DNA from: Plasmodiophora brassicae
Taxonomy: Eukaryota
DNA: 64,000 nucleotides
NCBI GenBank assembly: GCA_036867785.1
Contig: CP145410.1
Span: forward strand, 248,001-312,000
Direction: 5' to 3'
Shown here piece by piece: positions 12,581 through 24,067 of this stretch. How positions within the stretch are numbered: position 1 is the first letter of the stretch; each line of letters opens with the position of its first letter. The translations under genes and the position numbers were made by a program. The notes under the pieces are model-generated. The model was not told the origin of the DNA. It did no database searches and worked only from the letters and a program-made list of their open reading frames with translations.

Positions 12581-13710
12581 TTACTTTAGGAGGTGGGCGG
12601 CGTTGCGCGCGACCTGCAGGCGCTTCACGACGCACTTCAGGGCGCGGTTCTCGCGCTGCGCCTGTCGCAGCTGCCGGAACGTGCCACTGGAGGTCACCTC
12701 GTTCGCAGCCGGGTCCGTCTGGAACAGTTCAAAGACGAGGCGCCGGCACGTGTCCGGCGCATCCGGGTCCCGGGGGGTTTGCCGGGCAGGCGACGGGCAC
12801 TGTTGCTGGTCGGCAGCAACGTCGTCTCTCGATTGTCGCCGCCGGGGCTCGGGTTGCTTTGCAGACGAGTGCGCCCGGAGGCGATTGTACGCGGCGGTTA
12901 CGCGCCGGAGCTTCTTGGTCAGGTCAACAACGCGGACGTCAATGCTTGGTACGGGCGCGGCTGACGCGTTCCGACCGGAGGTGGCATCGGCACCTTCCGT
13001 GCCGACGACCCCCACCACCACCGACGCGTTTGTGTCCTCATGCGCCGTTGCTGCCAGCTGCCCTTGCAGTCGCTTGGCTTCCGCTTTCGCCATCATGTAC
13101 TGTTGTTCCAGCGTCTTCTGCTTCCGCAACAGGACCTGCATCATAGGCGCCCGCCCGATCGTGTCAGACGGGACGTACCGCCACCCATCCGCACATGGTG
13201 GTCATACCGCGTACTCGTCACGTTGCGCCTGGATCGTTGCATGAGCGGTGCCCAGCTCCCTCTCCAACGTGTCGTTTCTCTGTCGCAGTCCCCGTAATTC
13301 GTTGCCCGCGACGGTCAGGTCAGACCGCATCTGCATGGACCGTGTCAGGCGAACGCCCGCAGGCCGACGTCGACAGCGTTGTCGACCTTGCCGATTTCTT
13401 CGTCGTGTTTCGTGACGAGCACGTCCCGCTCCCGTTGGTACGCGGCAATGATGTCGTCATGGTGGATGCGGCCCCTGTTCAGCTTAGACAGGTAGTCGCT
13501 GAGGGTGACCTCAGCGGACGTGAGTTTACTCCTCAGGACGGCCACCTCCTGACGGGCCGCTCCGTTTGCAACCTGTCGCTCCAGCTCCGCGACCCGCCGC
13601 TCGGAACGATGCAGCGCCTGCTGCCATCCTGCCGCCGGCGCTGTCGCGTCCTTGTCGCGACACGGCCCGGAAGGCGTCGTCACAATCCCGGCTCGCGCGT
13701 CATGTGTCAT
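12581..13710 (-). CDS. Hypothetical coiled-coil protein (at least 3 exons; 5' end uncertain)
   Basis: Heptad-rich segments (SERRVAELERQV, LRQRNDTLERELGTAHATIQAQRDEYA|VLLRKQKTLEQQY, LRQAQRENRALKCVVKRLQ). ORFs 13345..13929 and 12581..13144 are linked by a middle exon (about 13209-13331) with plausible GT-AG introns. Confidence 0.55.
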
Positions 13711-14830
13711 TGCCGACCCGTACTCAGGGACAGTATCTTCATGCAGCCCCCCTTCGCGCACTTCAGGTGACGGCCACGGCACGACGCTTCCACTGGCGGA
13801 CCTGCAGCCTCGCAGTAACCTCGTCCGAAGGCCCATATACCAGTCGATCGCGGATGAACGTCGGTTCAGGGGGGTTCCCTCGACCGGATCGTCCACGGTC
13901 TGCTCCGACCGGCATGGACGCCGTCCCACCCTGTCTGGGCTGCAGACTTAATCGGATTCGCCGTCTGCATAGCCGCGTTCGGCGCGCCCCCGTCGCTCCT
14001 TCGAAACTGCACGCACGCAGGCGCAGGTGTGCTCCACTAACACGTCGGGATTACCCGCTCGCTGACGTTGTCAGAAGGCCGGCTGTTCTCGGGCAACGCC
14101 CCGGGACCAAGTCGCACCTGGCTGAAATGTCGGACTCGGCGAGAGGAGCGCCGAACTTCTCTCTTGACCTGCCGATCACAAGCGGCAGGTGCCAGGAGCA
14201 CGACCTGGGAGCAATAGGGTCGATAGTTTGCGCTGAAACGCTGTGCTGATTCAGATGGTGTATCGGCCCTGATCGAGATACCGCAAGCCGAACTGCTGCC
14301 GCTGTTCTGACACCCGTCAAGGTCGTTCGCAGGATTACCGCAAACGTCCCAAAGGTTCCTTACCGAATCTCTGCCCGCAGCTATATATTCAAGGAGATTG
14401 TGATCCGACAGAAACGATCCCGACGCAATGCTTCGGGCTGTCATTATTGCTCCTGGCTGTGTCCGGTACCGGATCCAGGGCGCGCTACAATTCATTTTCC
14501 GTCGATGACAATGCGATTTCATCCGTTTGTCATGAAGGCCGTCATCGGTGCGGTGGCAGCCCTGTCCCCACCGGCCTCGACCCGCGCCTCAACGCGCCTG
14601 ACGAACTCATTGGCGTACGGGACACGTCCGATGCGTTCACTATCGGCAAGCCGGAACAAAACGTTGGTAATACGTACAACATTGTCAGGGGATCGGTCCC
14701 GACGCATTCTCAACCGCATGCCTCACCAAAGGATCGACTCTCCACATTCGGTGTCGGTACCTGTTCGAGCTCCAGGGTGGCACAGGACCGGGAGAGAAGA
14801 GGCCGCCCAAACAGTCAGGACAGGAGCACA

Positions 14831-14956
14831 CTAGTCGTTCGGGGCTCGCTGCGCTTCGCCCGCTCCCTCCTAGGTGCAACCCCTCCACCAACCCCGTTGA
14901 GCGCAACCCCTTGCAGGTTACGGGCCCGATCACGCCACTCGGTTTAGTGGTGTGGA
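14831..14956 (-). mobile_element. Candidate non-autonomous mini-Helitron, 126 bp
   Basis: The minus strand reads A|TCCACACCACTAAACCGAGTGG...GGGCGAAGCGCAGCGAGCCCC-GAACGA-CTAG|T: 5' TC, a GC-rich hairpin about 10 nt before a 3' CTAG, inserted between A and T with no target-site duplication. Confidence 0.55.
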
Positions 14957-15407
14957 TACATATCGCTGCTGGCCAGTGCAATGTAAAACGAGCTACCTGT
15001 GACGTACAGAACCAGGTTGTAGTTTGCCGATCCGCCAGCGGAACGCCGACCCGCCAGGGGGAACGCCGATCCGCATTCATAGGAACACCGACGTCGTCCC
15101 GCCAACAGGCGCGGGTTGGTGAGAGGGACGCCATCAGCGCCCGGTCCTGAATGTATGTAGGCAGCCGGATCGGATACGAATGCGGCACTTGCGTGCGCAC
15201 TGCGCAGCGCTGCACGCGCGAAACAGGGCCCCGCGCATCCGGTCGGGGCTCCACTGTCTCTGGCGTATCCCGGAACTGCCTTTCCGGAGCAGCTGCTGTA
15301 TCCCATGGGCTCCGTGTGTCGTCCCACGTCTGGGTTGCATTTCGAAACACAGTGTGCCCGGCCGTCCAAACCGCGCGCGCGCGCACGTGTATGTACGTCT
15401 GGCATCA

Positions 15408-16976
15408 TCATCTGACCGGGGACGGGACGACATACGCGGCGAGGTTGCCAAGCGAGTCCGTGCTGATAATCGTGGAGGAGAACCCGTCCCATACGGCATT
15501 GGTGTGACACGCCTGATTGCCTCCAAGACCTGCGTCGCCGCTGACGAACCTGGAGCGAACGCGGGCAGGTCAGGGCTGCGAAAGCAAGTCGTGTGATCAA
15601 TGCGATGCGCCCCACGTACATGCTCGAGTACTGGCTTGGGCCACGCCTGCAGACGACAGAAAACCTGTTCCCGTTTGAACAATTAGGGACGCCGGAAACA
15701 CATTGGATACTGGGATCGATTACCCCTGACCACCGGAAATAAGAAAGAGTGGCAAAGTGTCCGCCTGAGGCGGTGGTATGCCCTGCACGTCTCCGATGCA
15801 TGACGTATAACTCGCCAGTGGCGTTGTCCGTCTGGTCATACGCGTGTCAGAATTTCCGGCACGGAAACGATACGCCGGTCATCGGCATACATTCTGGTTG
15901 CCCTCATGTCCAGCTCGACAGCGCTTCCATCCCCAAATCCAAGAAATACGAAATAGCGGTCGACTCTAGCGTGGCTAAATAGAGGCTGGAATATGCTGTC
16001 TGTGAGGTCTGCGACAGAGTCCATGTCATCATGATGCGGGCACATACCATCTGTACGACGGAAAAGTTCAAGACGGCATTCAACTCCACCCTTGTGTCAA
16101 ACATCATGAAATCACCCGAATCCGTTGTCAGCGACACGAGGTGGGGATCTAAACAAGGAAACAAATATTTGAGTCCATCACCAAGGGGCACAAGGTACGC
16201 AAGCAGGCCACACGAACCCGTTTCCATTTGCTGCCCCCATCGGACTGACGAAATCGTATCGTGGATGTCTGTGTGCGCAAATGTGCAACGATCAAAATTG
16301 AAATCGTTGAGGCACAATTTGCCATCGTAGCCTGAGCAGCACGCGTCATTGGCCCAGCATGAAACCAACTGGGACCCTGTCTGTACCGCCGGAAGCAAAC
16401 ATGCTGGAGTCATGTGCGGCCATGGCTAATTCCCTTAATGCGGAATCGTGCCTGGTGGTCACGGATTCTGCAGCAAGTAGCAGCATATATCAGTGCTGTC
16501 CCGAAGGACGTCATAAGCGACTGCAGATTACGAATAAGGGACAGCTGGTTGCCGTTGTCCTCGGCCACCTTCATCAAGCTGGCGCTCGCCGGGGACCACG
16601 TGCAGAGTAACAAATTTGGTGCGACCCAGAGCAGGTCGTTAACTGCCTGATGTGAACACATTGGCAAGGGAATTATAATGAGTTCCCAAGGATACGCGTA
16701 CGTACCTCGTTAACGTCGTGGAACACGACACCTGCTTCGGTGCCTGCATCCAGGGCAATCGCATGACGATTGTTCTGTTTATCGCTGGCTCCAAACGCAA
16801 CCCTTCCTGTTCCTGTCGGGCATGTCGATGGCCTGCCCAAATCCAGCGTCGAGGCTTCAGATGCATGTGGTGTGAGGGAGACCTGAGACGATTTAGACTC
16901 TAGAGCGAGCGCCCCCGAAGCAGACGAAAGCGACCTTTCGTGAGCGTAGGGCCGGAAGCTCGATCGTCATGTCCAT
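15408..16976 (-). CDS. Divergent WD40/beta-propeller protein, paralog A (multi-exon)
   Basis: Spliced translation: MDMTIELPALRSRK|VPL...LGRPSTCPTGTG...|AVNDLLWV...HDSALRELA...FASG|GYDGKLCLNDF...DTISSVRW...DSGDFMMFDTR...FLGFGDGSAVELDMR...CIGDV...STDSLGNLAAYVVPSPVR*. It contains WD-type H...FASGG.D..L.L.D repeats. Confidence 0.75.
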
Positions 16977-17310
16977 AATATAGCGCAACAAGCGATCCAC
17001 CAAGATCAACAGGGCGTACGTTCGAGAGGTATCATAGCCAACAAGGGAACGCTCGATCGTTCGACAACAATGACCAGGAGGTCGGTCAGCCACTATGGCC
17101 CGGGCCGACGGCCGGTCAGTCCGGCTCGGGGATTCCCGACTGCACGGAGCCGAACGGCGAGGTTCAATACAATTACAACGGCGCCAGACGCTCCGTCCCG
17201 CGCCAGGAAACTATACGGCAGACCCAGAAATTGACAAAGCATACACAGATGAGCAACTTCGAAGCCAACGCGGACGCGCTTGAAGCATTAGCCGGTCACA
17301 TTAGGTGTAC

Positions 17311-18839
17311 TCAGTACAAGACGTTATTCTGTACGATGAAAGGTTCCCCAGCGAGTCCGTAGTGACGATCAAGTCCGGCTCGGTATGCCATGCAGCATGC
17401 GTGAACTCGCACGAGCCGGGAGACGTCGACTGCAAGGATGGCCTACAGCACTGTGTGTGAGTAGCAGCTCACAGATATATCGCGTGTTCTCCCACCAAGG
17501 CCCAAAGGAGCAATTCCGGAACTTATCCGCATGCCACAGGGAAACCCTGATAACAATTCGGTTGAGCGGAGTACACAACGCTTAGCCTACGGTTTACCCT
17601 GGCGCTCCGGACAGCAACAAATTCGAAGCGATGCCAGGGCGGTAGCTGATGTCCCCGATGCACGTCAGCACAGGGTCGAAACTTTCCATGCACCTGAGCG
17701 AACGTGTTTCGATGGCGCGACGACGGCATCCCTCAACGTGCGCAGAGGTACCTGTTGGTGCGAACATCCAATCGGACCAGACTCCCATTCCCGAACCCGA
17801 GAACGACCGTAGTGTCGTTCGTTTTCGAATGGGCGTACAGCATCTGACAGCGCGAACTGACGGTTAGCGTGCACGAGACCAGCAGGGTGAAACAGACGGA
17901 TACAGGCTGCATGGTGTTAAACGATAGAACTGGGGAGCGCATTGCCGTTCTGGTGTCGTAGGTCATGAACTCGCCTAGCTCTGTCGTCAGCGTCACACAA
18001 GACTTGTCTGTTGGTCAACAAGCACAACGCGATGTTAGCCAAGGCTCAGTATCGGTACGTAGTAATTAATTACAATGCGTACCTGTTTCGAAAGCTCCCC
18101 ACCTAACTGAAGATATGCTGTCACCGACATCGGCGCAAGCGACCGAGCAGTTGCTGTAGTCGATATCGTTGAGGCATAACATCGCATCGTCTCCTGCAGC
18201 CGTGTTGTTGGTCAGTGACAGTTCTGGTTGGCGCCATTATATTCCAGTTAACCTCCGGAGGCAAACTTGCCCAGCGTTGTCGTGCATATCGCTAATTCGC
18301 GAATCGTGTCGGTATGACGACAGGATAGATGCTCTACAAAAGACGAAACGTGAGCAATTACCTGCAGTGTTCGAAATACGTATTCAGCTCACTTAAAAGA
18401 GACAAAGGGCTGCCGGGAACAACCTTGAAAACCGAAATCGCCGTTCCATCAAACGCACAGACAGCGAGGCTGGTCGTAACCCAGTGCACGTCGCAGACCT
18501 CCTGTCCAGAATGGATTAGGGGACGCCTTTGCCGACACAGGTACGAAGCAGACCGCAGGGAGTCTCTGGAAAATGGGCGGGCTGCAGACCCCTTCATCCG
18601 CGACGAGGAAGTGCAGATCGCCGTCCTTGTGACTAGCAGGAAGAATCAGCAAGCCACCACCTCGCCCATCCGGGCAGACATCCGGCCGCCCAAGGCGCAG
18701 CGCCGGTCGCTCAGGCAACTTATCATAGGTTATCTACGTGGGAACACGAGCGGTAAGCACGATGTCAGGATGGGGCATAACCGTGCCAGGACCTGACCTG
18801 TTTCGTTCGTAGGGCAATTGTGTTTGTGGTCCTCCTCAT
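17311..18839 (-). CDS. Divergent WD40/beta-propeller protein, paralog B (multi-exon)
   Basis: Spliced translation: MRRTTNTIALRTKQ|ITY...LGRPDVCPDGRG...|EVCDVHWV...HTDTIRELA...FASG|GDDAMLCLNDI...DSISSVRW...ELGEFMTYDTR...VLGFGNGSLVRLDVR...CIGDI...TTDSLGNLFIVQNNVLY*. It is colinear with paralog A. Confidence 0.75.
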
Positions 18840-19149
18840 CGACCGGTTCCTAGGTGTCCGCTGCGATTCGGGGATCCCGAATGAAGCCACGTTTTTACCG
18901 AACCGAGACAAGCATAGAGCGCGCTCGGACTGGGTGGACCCGTTGAATAGAACAGCGTCTGCAATGTCCATGAAAGACCGGCTGTCTAACAGAAGCGGCC
19001 AATCAACCTGGAAACTATAACCAAATGGGGTGTCGAGTACTGAAACGTGCCGTGAATGGTTCATTGCCGAACGTTTTGAGGTGCAGATTGCGCAAAGGCG
19101 TGGTGCGTTCGGGCGCGGGCGCCGCGGAGCTCACCGCGCTGGGTGGGCC

Positions 19150-20249
19150 ATGGCCGCGAACTTCTGGCTGTCCAGCCACTGCAACCACTGGATCGTGTCC
19201 AGCAAGAAGGAGGTCGAGAAATCCAACCCGCACGACCGCGACATGCTGTCGGCCGAGGAGCTGTACCAGCTCCGCCTCTACTTTGTCGATTGTACCGCCC
19301 GCGCGTGCCCTTCGCCGGCCCCTGCCACTGTGACGTGACTCTGTGTACGTTCGTACAGTCCTGACAACGCTGGGAACTGGCAAGCACCTGAATCTGCGGC
19401 AACGCATCATATCGACCGCCATTGTCTACTTCAAACGGTTCTACCTCGACCAGAGCTTCATCGAGTTCGACCCGTACCTCGTCAGCATTACGATGCTGTT
19501 TCTATCTGCCAAGGCAAGCATGCTTGCGTGTTGCATGTATGAGGCTGCGTGCTGGAAGGCTGACCGGATGGCGTCCAGGCGGAGGAATGCGGCATTCATG
19601 CCAATGTGATGATCAATGCCGCCGCAGAGCTGATCCCATCGTTCCCGTATACGGCGAAGCACCTGTTCGAATGCGAATTCTTTGCATTGGAGCTGCTACG
19701 CTTCGACCTGATTGTCTTCCATCCGTATCGGCCAATCACACTGTACCAACTGCGCCTTCGCGCCGCCATCGCCATCCGTACTTGACGGGTTCGAACAGGT
19801 ACCTGTCGCACATTGGCTTGAACGAGTGCCTTCAAACTGCCTGGGCCATCGCGAATGATTCGTATTGCACGGATGTGTGTCTGCTATACCCCCCACATGT
19901 TGGGCGTTCATAATCGTCGCTGCGTGCGTGTGCGTGTGTGTCGCTGACGCGTTGCCCAGGTGATTGCCGTTGCCTGTATACAAATGGCCGCGAATTTCCA
20001 CGAGAAGGACATTCGAGAATGGAGCCAGAAGCTTCGAATCAAGATGGACCAAGTATGTCGACCTGCCCTGACAGTGCCGCCATGGCACTGACCTGGAGGA
20101 TGTGTGTACAGGTATTCGAGGTCATTGCAGAGATCCTGTCGTACTACGATTACAGGTCGAAGCACACGTCGGAGCAGACCGAGGAGTGCCTGCAGAAGTT
20201 ACGATCGCACACGTCCCAGTTCATCACGCGATCGCCTCCGTCCAAATAG
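19150..20249 (+). CDS. CCNC: Cyclin C (Mediator CDK8-module cyclin), 6 exons
   Basis: Cyclin C-type start [10 protein letters not shown], cyclin box [17 protein letters not shown]...LSAK|AEEC, '[20 protein letters not shown]', '[26 protein letters not shown]'. Introns include 19292-19358 and a GC-AG intron at 19514-19578. Confidence 0.93.
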
Positions 20250-20362
20250 GACCCCATGTACTCTCAGACAGCAATGTATCCGCTCAGCCTAATCTATCAT
20301 CGTCATCGTGCGGGTTCTCGTGCGGACCAATGTGTACACCGCCACCGGGTTTAGCGGTTGGT

Positions 20363-21398
20363 TTACCTCCATCTTCCTTGCTGGTTGGGCCAGGCCTGTT
20401 GCTGGGCTGGAGGAGGAGGCCAGGCGGGTGCTTGCTGTGGTGCAGGTGGAGGGTACGGCCAGTAGCCCTGCATCGGGACAGGCGTCGCCTGCTGCGGTGA
20501 CGGCGGGTGTCCCCAGGCTGGCAACTGGGTTGGCCATTGTGTCTGCTGAGCGGGCGGCGCCCCCCAGGAGGCGGGAGGCGCTGGGTATTGACCCGCCTGG
20601 TTCGGCTGCTGCCACACTGCCCACTGCTGAGTCTGAACAGGCCCTGCCTGCTGCTGGTTGCGTTTCGACTCCAGTGCGGCGAGCTCACGCCATCCCATGG
20701 CAGGCTGCTGCTGCTGTGATGGCGGTTCGGGGTCCAGGAACGGGTTCCTGTGCTGTGCTGTGCCCTGCGGCTGCTGCAGTACGAACGAAGGCGTTCGCTG
20801 TTGCTGCGAGGGCAACGCGCCCGACGCCCAGAGCATGCCCTGGTGCTGCGGGACCGTAAACGACGAGATGGGCGCCGCCGCAGGGTAAGCCGTTACGGCG
20901 GCAGCGTTGGCAGGCGGCATCGTCGCTGTGCCGCCCAGCCTCGCGTTCCTCTTCATGGCCGTTATCTCGGCGAGGAACGCGTCGATCTCGTCCCTGGACG
21001 ACTCCGTGTACCGGCCGGACCCGTCCTGGAACGTCGCGTGGCAGATCTCTGTCGGGCGCTCATCAGGCGCGATTGGCGGGCGGCAGCGGTCGGTGCGTAC
21101 CATGCACGAACCTGTCGGCGTCGGTCGGCGGCGCCGTCAACGAGTGCAGGTAGTTCCTGGCGTTGCCGCCCAGCATCCTCATCTTGAAGCCCGGGGACCG
21201 CTCGTCCAGGTACGACTGGATCCGGATGACGTTGCCGGCGGCGTCGCGCAGATGCGCCTCGACGACGCCACGAGCGAACGGCGGCACCGCTCCACCGAGG
21301 CGGAACCGGACATGGTTCCAGAAGTCGCCATACGATTCCAGCAGTTGCACGGCCGCCTGCAATTGCCGGGGCGTCAGCTCCATTCGGAATCGCGCCAT
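20363..21398 (-). CDS. Hypothetical protein with a folded N-terminal part and a Gln/Pro/Trp-rich low-complexity tail (start may extend to 21526 via an extra exon)
   Basis: ORF 21063..21506 joins ORF 20363..21103 through a phase-1 GT-AG intron (…DRFVH|EICHATFQDG…). High-GC3 codon usage. Tail such as PPASWGAPPAQQTQWPTQLPAWG…QQQAWPNQQGRWR. Confidence 0.65.
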
Positions 21399-21546
21399 CA
21401 ATTCCTGGACGGCAGCAGTGGGGGCCAGGCGTACGCGCTCGCACGTACACACAGCCGAGGAGGTGATGGGAGGACGCACACGTGTAACTGGATGCCGCCT
21501 GGGCACACCCGTCTGGACACGTTCATAATACTACTAGGTACTTAGT

Positions 21547-22878
21547 TTAGTAGCCTGGAAGGCTAAACGCTTGGCCAATCGACGATAGTTCAGAGGAGCG
21601 CCCGTCGTCTTCGGCGAGCGCTCCGAGCAGGTCGCCTGCGGCATGCCTCTCGTCATCGTCGAGGAACATGGCGAGAATGGAGAAGCGCGGGACTGATGTC
21701 AGGCCTTTCAGGACGTGGAGGATGCCTTCGTGGTCGTGGCCTCTCGCGACCTGCACACACCGGCCGATCAGGCCGGCGTCGATGCAGGTGCCGAGCAGAC
21801 GGGCGTAGTTGCCGACAGGGATCTTTCGCATGAAGTCGAACAGCAAATCGGGGTGATTCTGCAGACTTCGATACGAACGCTCGAATTCGTACGGGCCGCG
21901 AGGTACATCGGGGACGGCTGGTGGGACGTCGTCTATCGGCGCAGGTGACGCCACTTTCTCGCACACTTCCACAGGACTGGCGCTCGACGGCAGAGAAGCG
22001 GCCACCGGTTGGGCATCGCTGCCATCATCACTACTTTCAGAGACCTCCTCAATGACGAGACGCCGCCTGGGCATCTGCGCTGCCGGCGGTGCGCTCGATC
22101 GACTTTGCTGATCGGCGACACGATTCCGCAACGTCGCGATATGCTGTTCCGCTTCCTTGCGAGAGGCATCCGTGTCCTTGGTGATGCGAAGGACGTGCTC
22201 GAAGTCAATGAGCGCGCTGCGAATTTTCTTGAGCGACGCACGGCTCATGCCTCGCCGCATCAACGCTTTCGCATTGTCGGGATCGACGGCCAACGCTGCC
22301 GAACAGTCGTTCTCGGCATCGGTGAACCTCTTCAGCTTGAACGCTGCGGCCGCCCGATTCGACAAGGCTTTGGCGTCCGACGGGTTCACGTCGAGGCACT
22401 GCGAGTACAGCTGTATCGCCTCAGCATAGCGCCCAGCGCGGAACATTTCGTTGCCCTTCTCTCGCAGCGATTCCCCACGTTGTCGTTGATCTTCGGCCTG
22501 GAGAGACGGGCACGTCAGTGCTCAACTCGTCTCGCCAATGGAACGGCATTGCAAACCCTGGGCGTCTCGTTTTCATCGACTTCACGCAGCGCCTTGTCGA
22601 CATCGAATTTCTCCCATTTCACATACCCCTTATCGTACGTGTGGGAATCCGCCGATGTTCGCTGTGCGACAGCCGCCTTCGACTCGCGCCCTACTGACAC
22701 CGCGTCAGGCGCGAAACCCGGCAGACGACGAGCGACAGGCGCGGCGCGCACCCTGACCCGGTGGTGCGATGCGCCCAGCGTTGCAGTCGTCCTCCCAGGC
22801 GTACACGTCCTGGACGAACTGGTTCAGCTCGTCGGCGTTGTGCCGGATCTGCCTCTGGATGTCCTTGATGCCCTCCAT
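21547..22878 (-). CDS. RPAP3: RPAP3/Spag1-like TPR co-chaperone (R2TP component)
   Basis: N-terminal 'IQRQIRHNADELNQFVQDVYAWE', 'YVKWEKFDVDKALREVD', a carboxylate-clamp TPR domain (GNEMFRAGRYAEA…LSNRAAAAFKL…KALMRRG), 'PRRRLVIEEV', and an RPAP3_C-type domain (PRGPYEFERSYRSL…VPRFSILAMFL). Two GT-AG introns. Confidence 0.85.
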
Positions 22879-24067
22879 CGAGCACTGCGGCCCCGTCGCC
22901 TAAATTTAGTGCCGGGCAACAACACGCTGCCGCCGCGGGCCCACGGGACCAACGAGCCGTGATCGAGTGAGATTCGTGCAGGTTGACGTATCACGCGGCG
23001 ACTGACGTTGCGACTTGCGATTTCGCGCGTGCCCGCAGCTGTCGTCTGGGCCAGTTACCGAATCTTCCAGGTCGATTGAGTAATACTGTGCAGTGTTTCA
23101 GGACCCACAAGCTAAACAGATCGCAGTCAGCGGCACAGTTCCCAGCCATATGATACTAAGTGGTAACCGGCCGTCCGAATACCTGCGAATCGACGCGTGC
23201 CAACCCGTACTCAGAACAATTAAGAAGCGCATAGCAAGCATTCTGACGAATCTCCAGGGTGGCTCGTTTAGGAATGTATAGCGCTGTTTCGTCTACGGTC
23301 GAGGTGAGGCGGGTTCCAGCGGTCACATGTGACGAGTTGCCATCTACAAGACGGCGGCTCGCCTCGGGTAACAGGTAGGCCTCCTGTCAACCCCGACTGT
23401 GAAAGGATTCACTGCGGGTTCTTATGGCAAATGGGACCTCGTCATTCGCTGCCGCAGCTGGTTTTATTGACCGCACCCGATCGGATTTCGCATGTTCCCA
23501 CGCTCAACATACCGTCATTCTTCATGCGTCAACTTGGCTGAAATATTGCGGCACAATCGGCTGGCCAGCGGGGGGCGTAATAGGACAAAGTTGCGAGGTG
23601 GCGCGGTTTCTTGCACAGTGGTCCAGTGCGGCCCGCCGGCCTTAGGGACATTTAACGTTCGGGGTCAGCGCTGCCCGGCACACGCGCGTCCCTTAACAGG
23701 CCATCAGGACTGGCTTGAATCGTCATCCCGGACCTACGCCAACCAACGACGGTTAGGGATCCGCGTTCGTATAGACGTTGGGACCGGCAACTGGATAGGA
23801 TGCGGAGGCGGGCACTGCAGTCGGCGCGCGCGCGCGGTGCCACGGCGGCGCTGTGGCCTGTCGGCGAAACTCCGCAGTGGGGATGAAATGTGCGCAACGG
23901 AGGGTAGGGCGGCCGTGGGCGATCCAATCGCCGCGGCATTTTCGTGTGTGTGAGCCGCGTCCGTCCTATCCCACGCGCCCCGCCGCTATCGTTCGTGCCG
24001 GGCGCCCAACCATACCGCACGGGCGGAACGCAGCGGACAGACGGCACAGGCCGGGCGGCGCCGCCCC

